This document shows, piece by piece, positions 27,588 through 35,825 of a stretch of 64,000 nt of DNA. Position numbers and translations under genes: made by a program. The first letter of the stretch is position 1; each line of letters starts with the position of its first letter. Source of the DNA: a virus. The stretch lies in IMG/VR virus record IMGVR_UViG_3300001533_000699; one strand, given 5' to 3'. The notes beneath the pieces were generated by a model that was not told the DNA's origin, made no database searches, and saw only the letters and a list, made by a program, of their open reading frames with translations.

Positions 27588-28691
27588 ATGTTTTTAGACA
27601 TGGAAAAGGTGCGACAGTTGGTCGCGGATGGTTACATATCTGTTCGTAAACATCCAAACGCTCCACTATTTATCTACAACTACACACCTAAATGTCAGTA
27701 CGAATGGCACTGGACACCTGAAACAATAGCGTGTCGCGGTCTCATATTAGACGACCGTGATAATGTGGTTGCCCGTCCATTTCCTAAGTTCTTTACGCCA
27801 GACCAATATCGTGACTTACGTAATAACGTACATAATCTCTTTGGTATTTGTTATAAAGACCTTTATCAGGGTGGATTTAAGGTTACTGAGAAGGTAGATG
27901 GCTCAATGGGTGTATTGTATCATTACAACGGAGCTTTGGCTATTGCCTCACGTGGCTCCTTTGAGTCAGAGCAAGCAGTACATGCCACCAAAATACTTCA
28001 AGAAAAATACGGCGAATTTCCTTTTGTTGTAGACCCTGATTGTACCTACATCTTTGAGATAGTGTATCCAGATAATCGTATTGTAGTTGACTATGAAGGA
28101 TTAGACGACATTGTTTTGTTAACAGTATTAAACAATGAAAATGGTGAAGATTTACCAGACCTTGTTCGTCAATGGCAAGACGCTGGTGGGCTAGCCGCAA
28201 AGTCGTATTGCTTTGCGTTTTTTGACAATGTCTTGAATGAGCAGCAAGTAGGCAGGGAAGGGTTCGTTGTGAAGTTTGATAGCGGCCTGCGAGTGAAGGT
28301 CAAGTTTGAAGACTACATACGATTACACCGTATTCTAACTAATATGTCTGCTCGTGATATTTGGGAGCGATTACGCAATAACGAACCGCTTGACGATTTG
28401 CTAGAAGTGGTTCCTGACGAATTCTATAATTGGGTTCGTAAGATTGAACGTGACCTAACAAACAAATATAGAGAGATTGAGCAACATGCACAAGGCGTGA
28501 TTCAACGTGATGTAGTTAAGTGCAACACGCCTCTTACGCGCAAGCAACTAGCTATCAAGCACAAGAACTACCAGTATAAAGGCATCATGTTTAATATGCT
28601 AGACAACAAAGAGTATGCAGACTCAATATGGCGTATTATTCGACCAAAAGCAGAATTACCGTTCTCAACGACTGACGAAAAGGATAGATAA
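27588..28691 (+). CDS. RNA ligase 1 (T4 RnlA-like)
   Basis: CRGLI, PFPKFF, EKVDGS, SRGSF, EGFVV, VKVKF..Y. Confidence 0.92.
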   Translation: MFLDMEKVRQLVADGYISVRKHPNAPLFIYNYTPKCQYEWHWTPETIACRGLILDDRDNVVARPFPKFFTPDQYRDLRNNVHNLFGICYKDLYQGGFKVTEKVDGSMGVLYHYNGALAIASRGSFESEQAVHATKILQEKYGEFPFVVDPDCTYIFEIVYPDNRIVVDYEGLDDIVLLTVLNNENGEDLPDLVRQWQDAGGLAAKSYCFAFFDNVLNEQQVGREGFVVKFDSGLRVKVKFEDYIRLHRILTNMSARDIWERLRNNEPLDDLLEVVPDEFYNWVRKIERDLTNKYREIEQHAQGVIQRDVVKCNTPLTRKQLAIKHKNYQYKGIMFNMLDNKEYADSIWRIIRPKAELPFSTTDEKDR

Positions 28692-29095
28692 TGGTACGGC
28701 TTATTGGCGGCATCACAGTGCCTAGAACTAAATTATTGGAGTTCAAGACTCAGGCGTTTAAACAAATGCTCAATGGATTATTGGTCAACACTAAACTTAG
28801 TACTCGTAAGATTAAATATGGGTTAAATCGATACCTAATGTCTAAGGGTATATTGCCTAAAGACGAAAGCATAATGATGTGGTTGCAGGAAAACCCAGGA
28901 GACACTATAGGTCTATTTATGTTTGAAATTCGCCCACACTCTATAGGATTTTTTATTAAGGCGGGTTCTAGCGAAGAACTGAAACGATTAGGAGAACAAT
29001 ATGGTACAGTCAGTAACAATACTAAAAGGATTACCGGCCAGCGGAAAATCGACATGGGCCAAAGAACAGGTGTTGAAAAACCAAGGGCATACTAA
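28691..29095 (+). CDS. hypothetical protein
   Basis: ORF between ligase and kinase. Confidence 0.5.
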   Translation: MVRLIGGITVPRTKLLEFKTQAFKQMLNGLLVNTKLSTRKIKYGLNRYLMSKGILPKDESIMMWLQENPGDTIGLFMFEIRPHSIGFFIKAGSSEELKRLGEQYGTVSNNTKRITGQRKIDMGQRTGVEKPRAY

Positions 29096-29897
29096 ACGCA
29101 TCAACAAGGATGACTTGCGTTCAATGTTAGACGCTGGAAAGTACAGCAAGGACAATGAAAAGCTTGTCCTACTTCTACGTGATATGCTCATACTTGAAGC
29201 TTTAAGGACGGGTAAGAATGTTATTGTTGATGATACCAACCTAAATCCTCAACACGAAAAAGATATTCGTACGCTTGTAAAGACTCATATCAGTAGACCA
29301 ATACAATTTATAGTCAAAACATTTGATACACATATGGACGAATGCATAGAACGTGATTTGAAGCGTGCAAAATCTGTTGGTGCAGATGTCATAATACAAA
29401 TGGCAAAACGATGGCTTAAACCATACAAGGTATGCATACCGGAATTAAACCACAGCGAAATTATTACATCAAATAAGCCCTTGTGTATAATATATGACTT
29501 AGATGGCACAGCAGCGATTATGGGAGACCGTTCTCCTTATGACGCCAGTAAATGTTATGAAATAGATAGACCAAACTATGCTTTATTAAGCGTGTTATTG
29601 TGTATGACATACGCAGAGAAACCATTTACCTTTATAGCATTATCTGGTCGAAGCAGCAAATATCGCGATACTACTGTGCGTTTTCTAGACACATACGGTT
29701 TTCCGTACAGCGCATTATTTATGCGCCAAGATGAAGATAGTCGTAAAGACGCAGTGGTGAAAAAAGAACTGTACGAAAAACACATACAAGGTAAGTATAA
29801 TGTATTGGTTGTGTTTGATGACCGTGACCAAGTAGTAGATATGTGGCGTAAGGAACTAAACGTACCTTGTTTTCAAGTAAATTATGGAGATTTCTGA
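29001..29897 (+). CDS. pseT: polynucleotide 5'-kinase/3'-phosphatase
   Basis: GLPASGKST P-loop; DLDGT, SGR, FDDR HAD motifs. Confidence 0.93.
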   Translation: MVQSVTILKGLPASGKSTWAKEQVLKNQGHTKRINKDDLRSMLDAGKYSKDNEKLVLLLRDMLILEALRTGKNVIVDDTNLNPQHEKDIRTLVKTHISRPIQFIVKTFDTHMDECIERDLKRAKSVGADVIIQMAKRWLKPYKVCIPELNHSEIITSNKPLCIIYDLDGTAAIMGDRSPYDASKCYEIDRPNYALLSVLLCMTYAEKPFTFIALSGRSSKYRDTTVRFLDTYGFPYSALFMRQDEDSRKDAVVKKELYEKHIQGKYNVLVVFDDRDQVVDMWRKELNVPCFQVNYGDF

Positions 29898-30571
29898 TGT
29901 CTGTTCCAAAAGGAACTAGAGTGCTAGTATTAGGCGATGACTATGTTCCTATAAATATCGTGGGATGGAAAAAGGCCATGAAGAGGTTGTTTGAATCGCC
30001 ATGCCAAAAATGCAAACAATACGGACACATAATGTTTAATGGTAGACCTCAAGAATGCAATCGGTGTAAAGGTACGGGTCTATTACCAGCAGCAATTCCA
30101 GTGGAATACTTTAACGAGTGTTATGTAGTGCGCGACGGGCGTGGTAATGAGCATTTAGTACCTGCTGTTATTGCAAACTCTCATCATATTCAGCGTAAAT
30201 ACCGTAAAGTACCATTTTCTAGACATAATGTGTTACGTAGGGATGGGTTTAGATGCCAATATTGTGGTAATAAATTTCCACCACAAGAGCTTTCGTTTGA
30301 CCATGTTATTCCACGTAGCATGTGGAATGGGTCTACTACGCCTACATGTTGGCAAAATATTGTCACTGCATGTTTAAAGTGTAACAGAAAAAAATCGAAC
30401 AGAACACCAGAACAAGCCGGTATGCCATTAATCAAATTGGTGCGTGGCACGTTCGTAGAATACAAAAAACCGAAGGTTCCGAACTCGCATGAGCTTTTGT
30501 TGGGCGTGGCATACAAACATATTCCAGTAGAATGGGAACCATATATTGCATATTTGCGCGATAAGCATTGA
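29897..30571 (+). CDS. HNH endonuclease
   Basis: RDGFRCQYCG, DHVIPRS, WQNIVTAC..CN..K. Confidence 0.9.
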   Translation: MSVPKGTRVLVLGDDYVPINIVGWKKAMKRLFESPCQKCKQYGHIMFNGRPQECNRCKGTGLLPAAIPVEYFNECYVVRDGRGNEHLVPAVIANSHHIQRKYRKVPFSRHNVLRRDGFRCQYCGNKFPPQELSFDHVIPRSMWNGSTTPTCWQNIVTACLKCNRKKSNRTPEQAGMPLIKLVRGTFVEYKKPKVPNSHELLLGVAYKHIPVEWEPYIAYLRDKH

Positions 30572-30577
30572 TTTTAG

Positions 30578-30607
30578 TTGCCAAAACATGGTAGTAAAGG
30601 TTATAAT
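30578..30607 (+). promoter_or_regulatory. sigma70-type promoter
   Basis: TTGCCA-18 nt-TATAAT in intergenic gap. Confidence 0.55.
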
Positions 30608-30646
30608 GTACTAGCGTTAATTATACCATAATATAAGGACGACACC

Positions 30647-31057
30647 ATGATAACATACGTATATGAATGTACGAATTGCGGCAGTAATATAGAAATACAG
30701 CAAAGCATAAAAGATGATGCGCTAGTCTTATGTCCAGAATGTAATACGAACTCTTTACGAAGAGTGATATTTAATCCAATGTATGTTCGTGTGATACAAG
30801 AACCAACGACCCTTGGACAAATAGCTGAACGCAATGCCAAATCAATGTCTCGGGATGAAAAAAGCTTAAGGCTTGAGGATGACAAAACAAAGAAGACCAT
30901 AAATAGAATACCAGAAGACATGCGTCCCAAAACTGTCGAACCGAAAGATTCTGGCCCACTACCAGATTGGATGGAAAAACCTCGCACAAAGACACATACA
31001 GAAATCAACAAGTTGTCGCCAGAAAATGTCGAGCGATATGTATATACCGGAGACTAA
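30647..31057 (+). CDS. FmdB-family zinc ribbon protein
   Basis: YVYECTNCG ... CPEC. Confidence 0.8.
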   Translation: MITYVYECTNCGSNIEIQQSIKDDALVLCPECNTNSLRRVIFNPMYVRVIQEPTTLGQIAERNAKSMSRDEKSLRLEDDKTKKTINRIPEDMRPKTVEPKDSGPLPDWMEKPRTKTHTEINKLSPENVERYVYTGD

Positions 31058-31424
31058 AATGCCAGAACATAAAATAACAAAACCAAATAAAACAGAAGTG
31101 GTTGAACGTGTTGCTGAAGTTGTGCCAGATTTGCAGAACGCATGTGAAGCAATAGTAACAACGCAAGTGATTATTTGTGAGCCTATGACTGATGGTACGT
31201 GGCGTCTAATTACATCATTTCAAGACAATTACAATATAGTGCTGGAAGAGCGCGACCCAGATAAAGCACGTAACGAAGTTACCAATAGATTGATGGAGAT
31301 AAAGAAAAAATGGCACAAAAAAGGTTTGATAATAGCGTTAGAGAATTTGCTAAACAAAGAGAGTCAAATATCCAAGATGGCAAACACAACAACATCTCCT
31401 GCTCAGCCTGTGGAGAGTCCTTAG
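31026..31424 (+). CDS. hypothetical protein
   Basis: ORF in operon. Confidence 0.55.
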   Translation: MSSDMYIPETKMPEHKITKPNKTEVVERVAEVVPDLQNACEAIVTTQVIICEPMTDGTWRLITSFQDNYNIVLEERDPDKARNEVTNRLMEIKKKWHKKGLIIALENLLNKESQISKMANTTTSPAQPVESP

Positions 31425-31630
31425 TAGAAATATGGGTCATTAGACCAGAGGCTGAGGTCACTACAGACATCATTGTGGAATGCCCATTCTGTGGTGATGC
31501 ATCTTTCCCGGTAAGAATTACTGGACAGTATTGTATAGGCTATGCAGAGGGCAGTAAAGCCAGAATGACCAACATGACAATCGATGGCGACACACTACAA
31601 AAAGTTCGTGTCCATACAGAAATGAGGTAA
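31310..31630 (+). CDS. zinc-finger hypothetical protein
   Basis: CSACG ... CPFCGD. Confidence 0.6.
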   Translation: MAQKRFDNSVREFAKQRESNIQDGKHNNISCSACGESLVEIWVIRPEAEVTTDIIVECPFCGDASFPVRITGQYCIGYAEGSKARMTNMTIDGDTLQKVRVHTEMR

Positions 31631-31632
31631 TT

Positions 31633-32073
31633 ATGAAAGAATTCGCAATTAGAAAAAATGAATCACAACGTAGTGGTTTTGTTGCAACTGTCACAAACTC
31701 CATTGGTTATGGATTAGAAATAGACAAAGACCCTAAGACTGGTACGTTGGGTTTAGTCCCAATTCCTGCTTTTATAGACAATGGATATGGCGGTCACGAT
31801 GATAACCCAGATTGTTACGCTAAAGCTATACAATATGACAATGAAGAAACTTGGGTATACTATTTACGTATGAATTCTATTGGTGACCTATCTGACCCCT
31901 GGGGATTATTTGCGGATAGCGCACAAAACGCTAGGGTTGCCAAACATAAAGGCATTCCTAAATGGTCGTTTAATCGTGTGACAGAAGAACAGTTTCTTGT
32001 ATATTTACGATACTTATGTAGTCGCAACAAAGCATTGTTGCGTATATGCGAAAGGAGCATTAAGGATGCCTAG
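31633..32073 (+). CDS. hypothetical protein
   Basis: GAGGT RBS. Confidence 0.65.
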   Translation: MKEFAIRKNESQRSGFVATVTNSIGYGLEIDKDPKTGTLGLVPIPAFIDNGYGGHDDNPDCYAKAIQYDNEETWVYYLRMNSIGDLSDPWGLFADSAQNARVAKHKGIPKWSFNRVTEEQFLVYLRYLCSRNKALLRICERSIKDA

Positions 32074-32428
32074 ACAACTTAGCAAAGCAGAACAAGAGTA
32101 CATTGTTAACCACAGCAAAGACTTGACAGCAGCAGAAATCGCGTCTGATATGCCTGGGGTTGGTGCTAAAACAATACAAAAGTTCATTGACGAAAGCGTA
32201 TTAGAAGACCAACGTAGCGACGAAACGCAACAACAGCGACAAGCTACGTTACAAAAAAAAACAAAGCTGACCGCAGGCAAGTTAATGGGTAGAGACCCAT
32301 CAAGAGGTATAACTGTTATGACTGAAGCTGCATCAGAACTATCTGATTCTCGTAGACCAGTTCACCAAAAAACAGCTATTAGAAGTGAACGTATTCACGT
32401 TATTGACAAAAACAGAAAGTCTCCGTAA
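32066..32428 (+). CDS. hypothetical protein with N-terminal HTH-like segment
   Basis: MPRQLSKAEQEYI...AAEIASDM. Confidence 0.55.
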   Translation: MPRQLSKAEQEYIVNHSKDLTAAEIASDMPGVGAKTIQKFIDESVLEDQRSDETQQQRQATLQKKTKLTAGKLMGRDPSRGITVMTEAASELSDSRRPVHQKTAIRSERIHVIDKNRKSP

Positions 32429-32872
32429 ATGCAATCATACGATATATGTAGACATATAGATGAATACATTGAAGATAAATGTATATGGATAGCTACATTA
32501 AATGATGGTACCAAGGTATTTCAAGATGATGATAGAGAAGGAGCTTGGCATCCTAGTGCATGGATAAGGCTTGGTCGTTATATTAATGACCACGCCGGTA
32601 GTAAAATCATTGCAATGAGGCTTAAGTTTGGTACACATATTGTTGAGCTACCATCAAATAAAAAAGCCTATATGTATTCACATGGATTATTACAGGCGTT
32701 TAATCAAAAGTACGGCTTAAATTTTCATGTCGTTGGTTGGTCAATCAGTGATAAAACTATGTTATGCAGATGGTACAAATCTCCAGAACTAATAATTACC
32801 AAAGAGTTTCGGAGAGAAATCGGTACCCTAAACGCCGAACAAATTATAGGAATGCGGGTTGACAAAACCTAA
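32429..32872 (+). CDS. conserved phage hypothetical protein
   Basis: VFQDDDR...SAWIRL. Confidence 0.65.
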   Translation: MQSYDICRHIDEYIEDKCIWIATLNDGTKVFQDDDREGAWHPSAWIRLGRYINDHAGSKIIAMRLKFGTHIVELPSNKKAYMYSHGLLQAFNQKYGLNFHVVGWSISDKTMLCRWYKSPELIITKEFRREIGTLNAEQIIGMRVDKT

Positions 32873-32886
32873 TCTTGGGATATAAT
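32859..32886 (+). promoter_or_regulatory. sigma70-type promoter, likely leaderless transcript
   Basis: TTGACA-16 nt-TATAAT, ATG 6 nt downstream. Confidence 0.65.
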
Positions 32887-32891
32887 TATCT

Positions 32892-33323
32892 ATGGCAAAG
32901 CAAAGAACTGATACCAGCCGTTATCCATCTAATTATGGTGGCGGCTGGATATCTGAATCCCAATATCTAACTGAATGCTTATGCGTATTGATAGCTAAGC
33001 AGGAAGGTAAGGGGTTGGAAGACAGATTCTGGCAAAAAGAGCCTTGGACACGCATATTCAGAAGACAGGTTCCACTAGCGTTGGCTCTTCTCAAAGAATA
33101 TCCTTCTAAGGTCATTCTCAATGCTTTGCGTGATAGACGATGTTGGAAAATCAGGTCGTTTGGCGCAAAGTGGCTGTTGGAACCGTTACTTAAACAGTAT
33201 AAGAGAACTTATGATGCAGAAATAATGCAACAATCTAATAAGATTATGACTCGTACTTCTACGACACAAACGCCTAGAAGGTCACCCAACAAGAAGAAAT
33301 CATTATTTGAGCACTTGAAATGA
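32892..33323 (+). CDS. hypothetical protein
   Basis: ORF preceding recA. Confidence 0.65.
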   Translation: MAKQRTDTSRYPSNYGGGWISESQYLTECLCVLIAKQEGKGLEDRFWQKEPWTRIFRRQVPLALALLKEYPSKVILNALRDRRCWKIRSFGAKWLLEPLLKQYKRTYDAEIMQQSNKIMTRTSTTQTPRRSPNKKKSLFEHLK

Positions 33324-34360
33324 GCATTAGTAAAGACATGATTAAGCAATACGGCGCTGATGCATTTATCAGTGGCGATAATTTAGAAAAACATACCAAC
33401 GACTTAGTTCATGTGAGTCCAGCCATCGACCTTATACTAGGTGGTGGTATTCCTGGTGGTTCTATTGTTAGTTTATTGGGCGACCCAAAGTGTGGTAAGA
33501 CACTCCTATCTTTACACATTGCTGGTAAGGGACAACAATTAGGTAGAGAGGTATACTACCTCAATATTGAGGGAAGACTAAAGCCCCGTGACATTAATGG
33601 CATAAAATGCCTAGACTCTTCAAAGATGCAAATTATTCGGTCTTATCGTAATGATAATGGAGAAAGCAAAATTCTCAAAGCAGATGAATTCCTATCTATT
33701 GCCGAACAAATTGCGCACAGTCGCCCTGGCTCAATCATTATTGTTGATTCTATATCACAATTAGTAACTAGTGGAGAAATGACAAATGAACTATCCGTTA
33801 GAGACCGTGCCCCAGGAGCAACTCTCATGGCAAAGTTTTGTCGTCGTCTATCAAACGTAGTGCCAGTTAATGACATTATTCTAATAGGAATTCTGCACTT
33901 TATATCCAATACTAGCGGATATGGTAAGTCTAAGGTAGCAAGTGGCGGTAATAAAATCAAGTATGCTGTAGATATTGGATTGGAATGTCGCAAATTTAAT
34001 CTAGTCCGTGAGAATGGTGCTGAAGATGGTCGTGTTATCGGACAAGAAGTAGAGTGGATAACAACATCTACTGCATTTGCACCACCAGGACAAATAGGTA
34101 AATCTATGATAACGTTTGGTGTTGGCATTGATGAACTATATGAGATGGTAGGTTTATCTGTAGAGCTTGGTCTAATACAACAATCGGCGTCATGGTATAA
34201 AATGAACTATATGGAAGACCATGTAGATGCGTCTGATTGGGATATTAAAAAATATCAAGCACAAGGCAAACCCAAACTTATACAACGTCTACATGACAAT
34301 GAACAAGAACGCAACTTATTGATGCAAGACTTTAACAACCTTATAGGGAGCGTGGCGTGA
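33320..34360 (+). CDS. recA: RecA/UvsX-like recombinase
   Basis: DLILGGGIPGG, GDPKCGKT, IIVDSI, SGGNKIKY, GVGID, SWY. Confidence 0.88.
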   Translation: MSISKDMIKQYGADAFISGDNLEKHTNDLVHVSPAIDLILGGGIPGGSIVSLLGDPKCGKTLLSLHIAGKGQQLGREVYYLNIEGRLKPRDINGIKCLDSSKMQIIRSYRNDNGESKILKADEFLSIAEQIAHSRPGSIIIVDSISQLVTSGEMTNELSVRDRAPGATLMAKFCRRLSNVVPVNDIILIGILHFISNTSGYGKSKVASGGNKIKYAVDIGLECRKFNLVRENGAEDGRVIGQEVEWITTSTAFAPPGQIGKSMITFGVGIDELYEMVGLSVELGLIQQSASWYKMNYMEDHVDASDWDIKKYQAQGKPKLIQRLHDNEQERNLLMQDFNNLIGSVA

Positions 34361-34764
34361 GTGTAGTAGATTTTGATGGTAGGACGCACTCGTGGCCACC
34401 CAACGGGCATGAAGTAAGCCTAGACGATATTCGCCCCAGGTCTAGTCTACACATAAGATGTCGCGAATTGTTACGAAAAATGTATCCTACGCAGACAGTC
34501 TTAGAAGAAGTTCCTATTCCAGGTGAGCGTCTATTTTGTGACTTTTATTTGCCAATGCGTAAAGTAGTCATAGAATGCCAAGGTCAGCAACACGATGTAT
34601 TCACCCCTCACTTTCATAAGACCAAATCCGAATTTCGATTAGCGCGAAACAGAGACAGACGTAAGATAGATTGGTGTCACATGAATAATATACGTGTAGC
34701 AATATTACCACACACGGAGAACGATGATGAGTGGAGAGAACGCATCGAAAACGCAAACGATTGA
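34357..34764 (+). CDS. Vsr/DUF559-like endonuclease
   Basis: CDFYLP..KVVIECQGQQH ... RDRRK..WC. Confidence 0.7.
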   Translation: MSVVDFDGRTHSWPPNGHEVSLDDIRPRSSLHIRCRELLRKMYPTQTVLEEVPIPGERLFCDFYLPMRKVVIECQGQQHDVFTPHFHKTKSEFRLARNRDRRKIDWCHMNNIRVAILPHTENDDEWRERIENAND

Positions 34765-35227
34765 TGAAAAGCACAGCAAATTACAACAACTGATTAAAGA
34801 CTACCCAACAGTCATAGGTATTGGTAAACTACAACCACCTAATGAAGTTAACCGTTTTCTTACTATAAGTATATCTGAAATCAGACGAATGGATGCAGAA
34901 GAGTGTGGGGAAGCCGCTGTTATACTCAATCAAGCGGCTACATACGTGCAACTTGAAGCCAACTCTATACAGGCAGACATACGTTGGTGTGAAGAATATA
35001 TAGCATTTATTATAGCGGAAACCATATCTGGGTGCGGCACACAATACACACCATTTGAATATCGGCAAAAAATTGCTATCAAACAAAATGATGTAGCCAA
35101 ACAATTGCAAGCTATCATTATGAATGCCAATGTAAGACTACAGCTATTGTCGTATGTGCCTAACCAACTTAGGGCAACAGCGACGGCGTTTTCCGATTTA
35201 CAACAAACAAAAAGGTCACAAAGATGA
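34724..35227 (+). CDS. hypothetical helical protein (possibly recombination mediator)
   Basis: position after recA; function inferred only. Confidence 0.5.
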   Translation: MMSGENASKTQTIDEKHSKLQQLIKDYPTVIGIGKLQPPNEVNRFLTISISEIRRMDAEECGEAAVILNQAATYVQLEANSIQADIRWCEEYIAFIIAETISGCGTQYTPFEYRQKIAIKQNDVAKQLQAIIMNANVRLQLLSYVPNQLRATATAFSDLQQTKRSQR

Positions 35228-35823
35228 AGACAGTAAAAGATGTATTCTATGATGCAATTAAACATGGAAACTGGGATAATGTCTGTAGGGTATACGAAAA
35301 GATTACTGGAGAAGAGGCACCCCCCTTCCCTGCTCAGAATAACATCCTTGATACAGCAATGGTCGAATCTCAACCAACTAACATCATGGATGAATCCATG
35401 GTAGAAGATGAACACGATATTGTAACTAGCACAACAGAAGACCCGCAGCAAAATGGCGATGTAGACTTCACTATGCCACAAAAGCCACGCACGCATACTG
35501 ATGGCCAAACAAGACAATGTCGCCGTGAACCTATTGGAAAACCTAAAAACACTTGGGTAGACGACGGTACCGAACACGCAGATGAAAGCGTAAAGATTAG
35601 ACCTGAGCTTGGTGTTCCGCACGTACGAAAGCGTGATGATAGCAGAGACCCAAATATTGGTATAGATACAGGTAAAAAAACACTAGTAATGTGCGCTTTG
35701 TGTGGTAGGGAAGAAGTAGTTTCATCAAGATTAGCTATTGGTTATAATCCAGACCCAGAAGAAAATACGTATCGTTGCAACAATTGTCTATCCCCAACAT
35801 CACGGACAATGAGGAATCGATAA
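35224..35823 (+). CDS. hypothetical protein with C-terminal zinc ribbon
   Basis: CALCG ... YRCNNC. Confidence 0.6.
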   Translation: MKTVKDVFYDAIKHGNWDNVCRVYEKITGEEAPPFPAQNNILDTAMVESQPTNIMDESMVEDEHDIVTSTTEDPQQNGDVDFTMPQKPRTHTDGQTRQCRREPIGKPKNTWVDDGTEHADESVKIRPELGVPHVRKRDDSRDPNIGIDTGKKTLVMCALCGREEVVSSRLAIGYNPDPEENTYRCNNCLSPTSRTMRNR

Positions 35824-35825
35824 TA

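Noticed and set aside
34930-35622. Long antisense ORFs (230 aa here and many shorter ones)
   Set aside because: Shadows of well-supported + strand genes, with no recognisable motifs.
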